Source of the DNA: a virus
Strand: one strand, 5' to 3'
DNA: 29,047 bases
Virus record (IMG/VR): IMGVR_UViG_3300036846_001176
Coordinates: 1 to 29,047 of that record
Shown here: positions 18,705-26,477 of the stretch, piece by piece
How the letters are laid out: the number at the start of each line of letters is the position of its first letter
Position numbering within the stretch: the first letter of the stretch is position 1
Notes under the pieces: model-generated
Databases searched by the model: none
Seen by the model: only the letters and a program-made list of their open reading frames with translations
Told to the model about the DNA's origin: nothing
Position numbers and translations under genes: made by a program

Positions 18705-19128
18705 ACTCGAACGTCGCCTGTTGCGGTGGAAACTCCCTCAGCGTGTGCGGGATCTTCTCCGCTTCGACCACGTCCCAGAACTCGCGCGGGTTGCGCACTA
18801 CGCTCACCGTGTGACCCATCTCGATCAGCCGCGCATGCATCGCGGGCTGCGCGCCTGTGAGGTCGGTGCGCAGGTGCCATAGCGTCCGTTCGAGTTTGAC
18901 CTCGATCCAGTGCAGCCGCGCCGTCGGCAACACCAGCAGCAGATCCGGCAGCCCTTCGACCAGCCCCATCCGGGTGATCAACCGCAGCGTCTCCGGCGTG
19001 CGATAGCTGCCGTTGCCGGTCATCGCCAGGATCGCGTGTTCCGGCTTCACATGCCCGGCGAACAGCTCCACCAGGTAGATCTGCAGCCGGGTCTCGTACT
19101 GGTTGCGCCGGGGCGGCGCGGTGTTCAC
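18631..19128 (-). CDS. VRR-NUC-like nuclease
   Basis: E..LQ...GLVEGLPDL...WIEVK...Q. Confidence 0.85.
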   Translation of the reverse strand: MNTAPPRRNQYETRLQIYLVELFAGHVKPEHAILAMTGNGSYRTPETLRLITRMGLVEGLPDLLLVLPTARLHWIEVKLERTLWHLRTDLTGAQPAMHARLIEMGHTVSVVRNPREFWDVVEAEKIPHTLREFPPQQATFEFSRRPVKRARTSRGSRPSVPAASE

Positions 19129-19490
19129 GCCGCCTTCGCCTTGCGCTTGCGCCGCGGCCGGCTGTTCTTCGAGCCACGCGGCCGGCCAGGCCCGCGCCGG
19201 CCGGGGAAGCTGAAGGTCTCGCCGCGCCGGTGCGCCTGCGCCCGCTCGACCAGCGACGCCAGATGCTGCAGCGTGTCCATCTTCGGCCGCCACTCCGGAT
19301 CGGTCAGCTTCAAGAGGCTGTTCTTGTGCACACCGCTGACCTGCTCGAGCATGCCAAGCGTGTAGCCGTGCTTGTTGCGCAGGAAGGTCGCCGCCCGGCG
19401 GATCTCGTCGAGCAGCGTGAGGCCACGGTCGACATAGGCCTCGATCCGGTGGCTGAATGAGGGTGGGCTCAAGGTCGCCGTCGTATCCAT
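19125..19490 (-). CDS. HTH regulator with AT-hook-like basic tail
   Basis: YTLGMLEQVSGVHKNSL...PKMDTLQHL; RGPGRPRGSKN. Confidence 0.75.
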   Translation of the reverse strand: MDTTATLSPPSFSHRIEAYVDRGLTLLDEIRRAATFLRNKHGYTLGMLEQVSGVHKNSLLKLTDPEWRPKMDTLQHLASLVERAQAHRRGETFSFPGRRGPGRPRGSKNSRPRRKRKAKAA

Positions 19491-19548
19491 GACCACGGGG
19501 ATGTAAGGAGTATCGGGTGCTTTGTCGATTGTGACTGTTACCTAAACG

Positions 19549-20034
19549 ATGGCCGCCTACCGTCGCAAACCGGTGCGGGCCGCGAGGGCCGAGCTGGTCT
19601 GGCGCGATGGGCGATGTATTGCCACCGTTCCGACGGTCGGGCCGACGCCCGAAAGGCTCGCCAAGGGCGACGTGGTCGGCCGGCGTGCGTTGCAGCGGAA
19701 CGTGATCGAGGAGATCGGCGACGCCGGCGAGCTCGGCGAGGACGTCGCTCAACTCGCCGCGGCGGCTGAGTGGTTCACCACGCAGGCGCACTTGGCACAG
19801 GTGCGTGGGCGGATGGTCTATTCGCAGTTGGTGACGGAACTGCCGACCAGTGCTTCGGCCGAGAAGGTGCGCGCACGCCAACTTCTAGCGCGGGCGTGCG
19901 GGGTGCTTGGGCATGATGCGTGGAGCATTTTGTCTGATACGCTGGTGTGGGACAGCCCGATCCGTGGCCCCGAGCGGCGGGCCATGTTTCGCATGGCGCT
20001 GCGCGCGCTCAGCAAGGCGTTGACGGCCACCTGA
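19549..20034 (+). CDS. hypothetical phage protein, possibly a late regulator
   Basis: Divergent ORF with a helical C-terminus; function is inference. Confidence 0.6.
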   Translation: MAAYRRKPVRAARAELVWRDGRCIATVPTVGPTPERLAKGDVVGRRALQRNVIEEIGDAGELGEDVAQLAAAAEWFTTQAHLAQVRGRMVYSQLVTELPTSASAEKVRARQLLARACGVLGHDAWSILSDTLVWDSPIRGPERRAMFRMALRALSKALTAT

Positions 20035-20054
20035 AAACGCTGCACATATTGTTG

Positions 20055-20584
20055 TGCTAGGCTCGTCTAGGCATGTCCTGGCTCGGCAAGGCGTGGCAGG
20101 GCAGGCAGCGCACGGCGGGGCTTGGCCCGGCAACGCAGGGCTCGGCATGGCAGGCACGGCTAGGCTCGGCATGTCAGGGCGCGCCTAGGCATGGCGGGGC
20201 AGGCGGGGCTGGGCTCGGCGAGGCACGTCGCGGCGAGGCTGGGCTCGGCAGGCACGGTTAGGCTTGCCACGGCCAGCCGCGGCACGGCACGGCAGGCTAG
20301 GCTCGGCAACGCGAGGCGCGACGAGGCGCGGCATGGCAGGCGAGGCTTGGCGTGGCTAGGCGCGACAGGGCCCGGCACGGCAGGCTAGGCGCGCCAAGGC
20401 AAGGCAGGGCGCGGCGTGCCCAGGCTCGGCTAGGCAAGGCAGGCGCGCCCTGGCACGGCAAGGCGCGGCGCGCCCAGGCTCGGCTAGGCAGGCAAGGCTT
20501 GGCCTGGCACGACGGGGCTGGGCGCGGCATGGCAGGGCACGGCCGGCACAGCGTTTCGGCAACGGTTCACCGGTCCGGAAACGC
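20055..20584 (+). ncRNA. long GGC-NN guide-like array (10 units)
   Basis: Pentamers punctuated by GGCA at 20100, 20149, 20198, 20247, 20291, 20335, 20379, 20438, 20487 and GGCC at 20541; TTGACG at 20020; 3' hairpin containing ACGGTTCACCGG. Confidence 0.9.
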
Positions 20585-20635
20585 AAAAAACCCCCAGCCA
20601 GTCCAGGGGTTCGTTAACCTGGACTAGCTGGGGGT
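20585..20635 (-). terminator. intrinsic terminator
   Basis: CCCCCAGCTAGTCCAGG...CCTGGACTGGCTGGGGG followed by T6 on the minus strand. Confidence 0.85.
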
Positions 20636-21337
20636 GAGTTACGGCAGGCACGATGCCTGCCGAGCCATACGGGCGAGATTTTGGGGGTCTCACCGCATGG
20701 CATGGGAATTCGGTTGAGGTTCTGGCGAAGGCCGGGAGGCACTGTATCCTCAAGTCCGGGCGACGCCTCGTCTGCCTGCCGTGAGTTCCCTCACAAGGCA
20801 GAGCCTCTAGCCGCACCGCCCCATCTGGCGACGCCCACAGCCGTGGGCGAAGCTCAAACTGGCAGCCCCCCACAGGCCAAAGGCAGGGGTTGTGTCATTT
20901 GCCTGCCGTGAAGCAGGCGTGGCTTGACGCTGGGAGCGATGCGACATCGAGCAACTCGCCGACTGGATGGGCCAAAAGCGCACCCACCGGCACCACGTGA
21001 CTGGCATCGGTCCCTAGATCACAAGGATAGGGCTCTGCCGGGTGGTCGTGGCATCAGCTTGCTGCGAGCCTGCCCATAGTCGAAGCCGTGGGCAGGGATC
21101 GTTCGAGGGTTTAGGCAGGATGGTGGCAGCCACCCATTAGTGCCTGGTTCGCGCCGCTTAGGCTTGCCACGGCTATGCGAAATTCCTTTTGGTTTCCTCC
21201 CTCGACGGGATCCGATCAAGTCACCGGGCAACCGGGCCCGGAGCATCTTATCGCGGCGAAGGCCGCTATCGCCACTGACGGGAGCGAAGACGTCCGCTTG
21301 ATCACTACGGGACTGATATGGTTATCCGTCCCGCAGT
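20585..21337 (-). ncRNA. candidate large structured ncRNA (about 750 nt)
   Basis: No credible ORF; many stems; TACACT at 21348-21343; strong terminator. Confidence 0.6.
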
Positions 21338-21367
21338 CATCAAGTGTATTCCGTAACAAAAATGCGG

Positions 21368-21964
21368 CTACAGCTCTGCAAAGTGCTGTACCGATTGCTC
21401 GGGATGGCCGAATGGGTTGAACACCATTCGCACCCCGAGCGGCTCGGCGAGGAATTCAAACGTCGCCGAGCCCGGCATGTGCCGGAGGTCGTGCAGGTTG
21501 AGAAACGCAAGGGTCAGCTTGCGCGCCATGTGCAGCAGGTCCCCCGTGGTCACACGTGGCAGCCGATCGGGTTCGTCTGCCGTCATCGGATCGTCCTGGG
21601 GCTCAACGAGCCCGGAGGACAGTGCATGTCTGCTTGTCCAGTTGGCGCCCCATGGGCGCGGCTGGAACGAAATGGTGGCAGCGCCGGCGTCGCGGAATGT
21701 GACGATCGCGCGCTGGCTGTCGGCTACGCGGGCAAATGCCGCGAGGATGGCTAGGCCGAGGTCAATCGCCTCGGTGTAGGCTTTGGGCTTTGGCTTCGCT
21801 TTGCGGAGCCGGTCGTAGTGCATCGGCATGCGGAGGGCGAGCAGTGCTCGCTCATGTGCCGCCCACAGCGCGTTCATGGGCCGGTTCGTCACCGGCAGTG
21901 CGTTGTGGAACTGCTTGGTCTCCTGCAATGCATCAACGATGCGCTCGACATGAGGGTTTGGCAT
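21368..21964 (-). CDS. hypothetical protein
   Basis: Leader motif upstream of MPNPHV. Confidence 0.65.
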   Translation of the reverse strand: MPNPHVERIVDALQETKQFHNALPVTNRPMNALWAAHERALLALRMPMHYDRLRKAKPKPKAYTEAIDLGLAILAAFARVADSQRAIVTFRDAGAATISFQPRPWGANWTSRHALSSGLVEPQDDPMTADEPDRLPRVTTGDLLHMARKLTLAFLNLHDLRHMPGSATFEFLAEPLGVRMVFNPFGHPEQSVQHFAEL

Positions 21965-22030
21965 GGATCTGCCTTTCGCGCCCAATGGCAGGGGCGTTCT
22001 CTGCCCCACGCCATTATGACGTGGGAAAGG

Positions 22031-22474
22031 TCAGGGTCGTTTTTCGGTCCAGGTCTTGAACTCGCGGAGCTGCTCGGGATCGAGCCAGTCCCAGCGTCCC
22101 TCGAAGCGGATCGCGCGGTCGTCGATCGTCAGGAAGGCGGGAGGTTTCTGGTTGGTAAACTCCAGGAGAATGAGATCTGCCCGGCGTGCGTGCAGCAGCC
22201 GCAGGAACGGTGAAGCTTCGCTCGGAAAATCGGTAATTTGCCAGCCTTCCTGGAAGGCGTGTCCACCGATCCAGACTGCCATTTCTTTGATGCTGTCCGG
22301 GTCTTTCGAGCGTGAGCTGTAAACGACCAGGCGGAAGTGCTTGCCGGCCTTGTGGGCCCAATCGAGAAACCCTGGCGTCACGGTGCCGTAGAGCTCGCCG
22401 TTCTGCCAGCCTCGCTCATAGCTGTGGATTACGCCATCAAAGTCGAGACAGATGACCGGACGATCGCTTGGCAT
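22031..22474 (-). CDS. HAD-superfamily phosphatase-like protein
   Basis: ICLDFDGVIH, YSSR, KPPA..TIDDRA. Confidence 0.85.
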   Translation of the reverse strand: MPSDRPVICLDFDGVIHSYERGWQNGELYGTVTPGFLDWAHKAGKHFRLVVYSSRSKDPDSIKEMAVWIGGHAFQEGWQITDFPSEASPFLRLLHARRADLILLEFTNQKPPAFLTIDDRAIRFEGRWDWLDPEQLREFKTWTEKRP

Positions 22475-22527
22475 GGCGTGGCCTTTCGTGCCGTTGACGG
22501 ACGATGAAAACACTGCACATTATCTTG

Positions 22528-22682
22528 GACCAGGCTCGGCATGGCAAGTTCCGGCTCGGCGTGGCAGGGAGTGGCCCGGCTAGGCACGGCAGGCGTGGCG
22601 GGGCCTGGCTCGTCCGGGCAAGGCACGGCGTGGCGCGGCCGGCACGGCAAGCCCCGCGGCAACGGTTCACCGGCCGCGGGGC
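22528..22682 (+). ncRNA. GGC-NN guide-like small RNA C (2 units, 12 + 9 NN)
   Basis: TTGACG at 22494; GGCA at 22588; GGCC at 22637; hairpin 22651-22682 with ACGGTTCACCGG. Confidence 0.85.
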
Positions 22683-22689
22683 ACCTCCC

Positions 22690-22899
22690 TTAGAACGCTA
22701 GCAGCAGCAACTGCTCGGCGCCGTACACGGAACGTTGGCCACACGCCTCGCACTTGTAGCGCTCGGCATCCGGTTCACAACCTTCCGCGTCGGCGCCGCA
22801 ATCGATGCAAAAACCTGGATTGTCCAGGTCCAGCAAACCTTGCTCAGCCGCCTGCTGGACGCGTTCCTGGGTCAGGCTCGGGTGGAGTTTCAGTGCCAT
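22690..22899 (-). CDS. small zinc-ribbon protein
   Basis: GFCIDCG...EPDA..YKCEACG...VYGAE. Confidence 0.8.
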   Translation of the reverse strand: MALKLHPSLTQERVQQAAEQGLLDLDNPGFCIDCGADAEGCEPDAERYKCEACGQRSVYGAEQLLLLAF

Positions 22900-23002
22900 G
22901 TGGTGGCCTTTCGCCGGAGTACAGCCGGCTCTCTGCCGTGCTGCGTTGGTGCAGCACGAAAGGCGGGTTGACAGCTTTCGTAAATATAGAACATGATGAT
23001 GT

Positions 23003-23105
23003 GTCCTCGCCTGGCGAGGCAAGGCCTGTCCGGGCCAGACGCGGCGCGACTTGGCACGGCGCGGCAGGCTTGAGGAACCCCGCAGCTGTAGCCGCGGGGT
23101 TCTTC
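23003..23105 (+). ncRNA. GGC-NN guide-like small RNA D (1 unit, 12 NN)
   Basis: TTGACA-18-CATGAT (22968-22997), array, GGCA at 23063, hairpin 23072-23105. Confidence 0.85.
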
Positions 23106-23115
23106 GTTTGCGCGG

Positions 23116-23583
23116 TCAGCCGTGAAACGCTGCGTGGCGCAATTTTTCTAACAGACCTTCGGCGATTTGCGCTGTCAGCGCGGGGCATTCGCTGGTGGTC
23201 GCGTTCATGAGCAGCTTGGCCAGGACCTTGGCCTCGACCTCGGTGACCGGGAGCATGGTCGTGAGGTAGACTGGCGGCTCGATGGTGACCTGGCCGGCGA
23301 ACAAATAGTCCTCGGCGCCTGCATCTTCAGGCTTCATGCCTGATGCGTTGTCGAAGCAGTTTTCCAACACGCAATCAGCGGCCTCCGCCAACTCAGGCGA
23401 GAGCTCGATCGAGAGCGGCCAGGTGGCCGTGTCGGTCGCGTTGCCGATCAGTGTCTGGAGGTCATCGAGGTGCAGGGCGCGGTCGGCTTCTCCGTTGTCC
23501 GCCGCGACCTCGCTCATGCCTTCGGCCATGGAGCAGAACACCTTTGCGGCGCGAAGATCGGCGATCGTTAAGCTGTGGCTCAT
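23116..23583 (-). CDS. hypothetical protein (MSHSLT...)
   Basis: ATGA coupling with 23580-23774. Confidence 0.75.
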   Translation of the reverse strand: MSHSLTIADLRAAKVFCSMAEGMSEVAADNGEADRALHLDDLQTLIGNATDTATWPLSIELSPELAEAADCVLENCFDNASGMKPEDAGAEDYLFAGQVTIEPPVYLTTMLPVTEVEAKVLAKLLMNATTSECPALTAQIAEGLLEKLRHAAFHG

Positions 23584-23774
23584 GAGCAGTAGCCTTCGGC
23601 TACGAGCTCGATCACGACGGCGCGCCCGTCTGGGATACGCCGTTCGTGTGCTGATAGGCACTGTTCGAGCGCCTCGATGGCATCGAGGGCTCCGCTGGCT
23701 GCGTCATCTGCTGGACAACCAGGCTTAGGATGACAGAATTGCAGCAGCGTTCTGAGTGCGGTTTGGGGATCCAT
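23580..23774 (-). CDS. hypothetical protein (MDPQTAL...)
   Basis: Leader motif at 23781-23838. Confidence 0.7.
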   Translation of the reverse strand: MDPQTALRTLLQFCHPKPGCPADDAASGALDAIEALEQCLSAHERRIPDGRAVVIELVAEGYCS

Positions 23775-23780
23775 GTGGAT

Positions 23781-23838
23781 GCCTTTCGCCGGAGACAGCC
23801 GGCTCTCTGCCGTGGCGCGTTGGTGCGACACGAAAGGC
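23781..23838 (-). promoter_or_regulatory. RBS-sequestering leader, clearest copy
   Basis: GCCUUUC-[GUGUCGCACCAACGCGCCAC]-GGCAGAGA-[GCCGGCUGUCUCCGGC]-GAAAGGC-N6-AUG. Confidence 0.85.
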
Positions 23839-23840
23839 AC

Positions 23841-23887
23841 AAACGAAAAGCCCCGCCTCGCAGAGGCGAGAACGGGGCTGAGTTTCG
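23841..23887 (-). terminator. intrinsic terminator-like hairpin
   Basis: AGCCCCG...CGGGGCT followed by TTTCGTTT. Confidence 0.6.
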
Positions 23888-23897
23888 TGTTTGACGG

Positions 23898-24122
23898 CTA
23901 GTGGGGCGGGGGTTCGCCGCGTGCCCAGCTAGCCAGCAAGGCGTAATGCGCAGCTCGGGCGGCTGCGATGATCCTTGGGTTTTCGGTGTGACCGGCGGCT
24001 CCGACGCGCGCCTTCGAGCTGCGGATCTTTTGACCCCAGCCCTTGAACTGCTTGTCGTAGTGACGGTCGTAGGCGGCGATCACGTCCCAAGGGCGACGTG
24101 TGTAGCCTCTAGCTCTTGGCAT
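23898..24122 (-). CDS. hypothetical protein
   Basis: AGGAG RBS; promoter motif at 24220. Confidence 0.6.
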   Translation of the reverse strand: MPRARGYTRRPWDVIAAYDRHYDKQFKGWGQKIRSSKARVGAAGHTENPRIIAAARAAHYALLASWARGEPPPH

Positions 24123-24309
24123 TATTATCTCCTGTGTGGCGGGGCATATTGATTATCTCCCTCGCCGTACCGCGGTATCAGCCGCGGCTCTCATGCACCC
24201 GGATGGGTTGCACATAGCATATATGGTAATAACTGAACACATTGCAATATACGCAATAAACCGACACCAGAAAAGCCGAAAACCCCCTGGGGCACAGGGG
24301 GTCTTGGGG

Positions 24310-24609
24310 TTAGTAACAAACGTAATGTCCCCACCGGTTCCAGTAGCAATACTCGGGGGTGGAGGCAGCGCTGGCGGCAGCTGCGCCGACCAGGAGGACG
24401 CCGAGGGCGATGCCACCGATCGTCTTGGCGACGTTCGAGTTGGCTTCGTCCTGGTTGATTTTCTCTTGGATGGGCACAAGCTGGCAGGCTTGTTGGTTGC
24501 CGATGCCACAGGCGGTGCGGAGTTGTCCGAGCCGTTGGATGTTGGCTTCGCTCGCGCAGCCGGCGAGCATGGCAAGCACCAGCGCGAGGCTGATGGTTTT
24601 CTTAAACAT
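24310..24609 (-). CDS. putative lipoprotein
   Basis: MFKK + hydrophobic stretch + LAGC lipobox; second hydrophobic segment. Confidence 0.8.
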   Translation of the reverse strand: MFKKTISLALVLAMLAGCASEANIQRLGQLRTACGIGNQQACQLVPIQEKINQDEANSNVAKTIGGIALGVLLVGAAAASAASTPEYCYWNRWGHYVCY

Positions 24610-24708
24610 GTGGAATGCTTTCTACGCCCAAACAGGGACGCTCTCTGCCCCGTTGGATGTTCGGGGAAGTTAATTGACGATGATGGAAAATGGCACATAC
24701 AATGCTGT

Positions 24709-24792
24709 GCTATGGCATGGCTTGGCAACGCCGGCCATGGCACGGCAGGGCAGGCATGGCATCCCGCGGCGACGGTTCACCGGCCGCGGGGT
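24709..24792 (+). ncRNA. GGC-NN guide-like small RNA E (1 unit, 7-8 NN)
   Basis: TTGACG-18-TACAAT (24674-24703); GGCA at 24749; hairpin with ACGGTTCACCGG. Confidence 0.8.
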
Positions 24793-24863
24793 CACTCTGT
24801 GCTTTCACGCCCGAACAGGGGCGTTCTCTGCCCTCCGGCGTTGGTGCTGGAGGAAAGCCACCC

Positions 24864-25067
24864 TTAACGGGTGGTCGTCTTGCTTGGCGGGAACAGGTCC
24901 GGCCTGGCAGCGGCCAGGTCGCGGAGTGCCCGCACGATTGCGTTGCCAACGCGGACCGAGGGGACTTCGAGGTCAAACATTCCGTCGTAACCGGAGCACT
25001 TGACGCGGTAGCCCGTCGGCCTGATGCCGATGAGGCTGATCAGGTTGGCGATTTCGCGCTTGTTCAT
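24864..25067 (-). CDS. hypothetical protein
   Basis: ATGA coupling. Confidence 0.6.
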   Translation of the reverse strand: MNKREIANLISLIGIRPTGYRVKCSGYDGMFDLEVPSVRVGNAIVRALRDLAAARPDLFPPSKTTTR

Positions 25068-25378
25068 TTGCGCGCCTTGAGGATTTCTTGGACGTTGGCG
25101 TCCAGGTCGTCCATGACCTTTTGTGTTGCCGCCCGCAAGTCCGTTTTGAACTTGTCGAGGAAGGCTTGGTCGATGTGGAATGGGTTCTTGGGTTCGTCAA
25201 CGATCTCGTTGACGTCGGTCGCCTCATCGTAAGTGGCGACCAGGTGCTTCTGCATGAACTCGTGATCCTCAGTGAATTCTTCGAGGGTCTCGCGTGCAGA
25301 GGCGGTGACGAGGTCTGGCGCGTCTATGGTGAAGACGTGCACATGGACGGTGTTAACCGTGACCTTGAACTTTGGCAT
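25064..25378 (-). CDS. hypothetical protein
   Basis: Leader motif upstream. Confidence 0.75.
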   Translation of the reverse strand: MPKFKVTVNTVHVHVFTIDAPDLVTASARETLEEFTEDHEFMQKHLVATYDEATDVNEIVDEPKNPFHIDQAFLDKFKTDLRAATQKVMDDLDANVQEILKARK

Positions 25379-25443
25379 TGTGTAGCCTTTCGCATCCTAT
25401 CAGGGATGCACTCTGCCGGATCGGTGATCCGAAAGGCGCCCGC

Positions 25444-25629
25444 TCAATGAACGGGCTGCTCGTAAAACCATTTACCGGTTTGTCCCGAGCTGAGGGTGAA
25501 TACACCGGAGCGCTGGTTGTTGTTGATCTGCGCCTCGATGGTGGCTCGCATTTCTGCGATCTCCTCGACATCCTCGCCATCGACAGTGTCGACTTCGATG
25601 ATGATGGATAGAGGGTGAGTTTCGTGCAT
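25444..25629 (-). CDS. small acidic hypothetical protein
   Basis: Leader variant upstream. Confidence 0.65.
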   Translation of the reverse strand: MHETHPLSIIIEVDTVDGEDVEEIAEMRATIEAQINNNQRSGVFTLSSGQTGKWFYEQPVH

Positions 25630-25704
25630 GGTTGGTGCCTTTCGCATCCATGAGTAGGGATGCTTTCTACCCGCCAGCGTTGGTGCTGGCGGAAAGGCGC
25701 CCGC

Positions 25705-25932
25705 TTATTCAGCGGGCCGTAGTTTGCGATCCTCCGTTTCGATCACATTGGCCATAAGCCGGTTGGCTTCGGCCACCCCGGCATTCCACGCGTCCTGTCG
25801 CGTTGGATGCAGGCCAGGCATGTAATGGCCGATGGCTCGGGTGCGGGGATTGCTTAATGAAACAACAACGATGAAGCCTTCGCCGCGCCGCTCGACGCGG
25901 ATCGTGGCAACCAGGCTGTCGGTATCGCTCAT
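25705..25932 (-). CDS. hypothetical protein
   Basis: Leader motif upstream. Confidence 0.7.
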   Translation of the reverse strand: MSDTDSLVATIRVERRGEGFIVVVSLSNPRTRAIGHYMPGLHPTRQDAWNAGVAEANRLMANVIETEDRKLRPAE

Positions 25933-26005
25933 GGTGTTTCCTTTCACGACCAGACAGGGTCGCTCTCTGCCACGCAGCGTTGGTGCTGCGTGAAAGGCGC
26001 CCGCG

Positions 26006-26245
26006 CTAGGCGGGCTGGTCGTCGGTAAATTCGGCCTCCCAGCTTGACGCGGCGAGATAGGACAGACGTGCCCCCGCAATCGCGAGGTCTCTGTTGGCCA
26101 TCTTCGTCGAGAAAAGAATGATGTGACCGGTATCGTGGTCGACTATGCAAATGACGACGCCGGCGTTTGTCGGCACCTCCGCGACGGCGCTCTCAAGCAG
26201 ATGCTTGGGGCTCGTCCATTTGCCGCGGATGGGTTCAACACTCAT
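26006..26245 (-). CDS. hypothetical protein
   Basis: Leader motif upstream. Confidence 0.7.
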   Translation of the reverse strand: MSVEPIRGKWTSPKHLLESAVAEVPTNAGVVICIVDHDTGHIILFSTKMANRDLAIAGARLSYLAASSWEAEFTDDQPA

Positions 26246-26477
26246 AGTGTTTCCTTTCACGACCAGACAGGGTCGATCTCTGCCCCTCAGCGTTGATGCG
26301 AGGGATAGGCGCCACGCCCGTTTCAGTCCGCTGTGCGGAGTACTTCGGTGCGTGGCACTTGCTACATGTAATAATCAGCGACCAAGCAACCGGCGATGAG
26401 CACCCAGGCCCACCACGGAAAACTTAGCGCGGTTGCGAAGAAGACCATCTGGTCCTCCTTTCGCTTGAGGTGAAATG

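Noticed and set aside
20055-20550. CRISPR array or simple microsatellite
   Set aside because: There is no 23-47 bp repeat with unique spacers and no cas gene. NN variability and the punctuation are unlike a slippage microsatellite.
19885-20627. Short ORFs over the pentamer arrays, and the N-terminal extensions of 1799..2263 and 9078..10085
   Set aside because: They are low-complexity translations of the repeats; the real starts lie behind the leader RBS.
21158-21173. 16-nt identity (TTAGGCTTGCCACGGC) with 20258-20273
   Set aside because: A single contiguous match of this length is plausible by chance in GC-rich DNA, and I found no supporting context.
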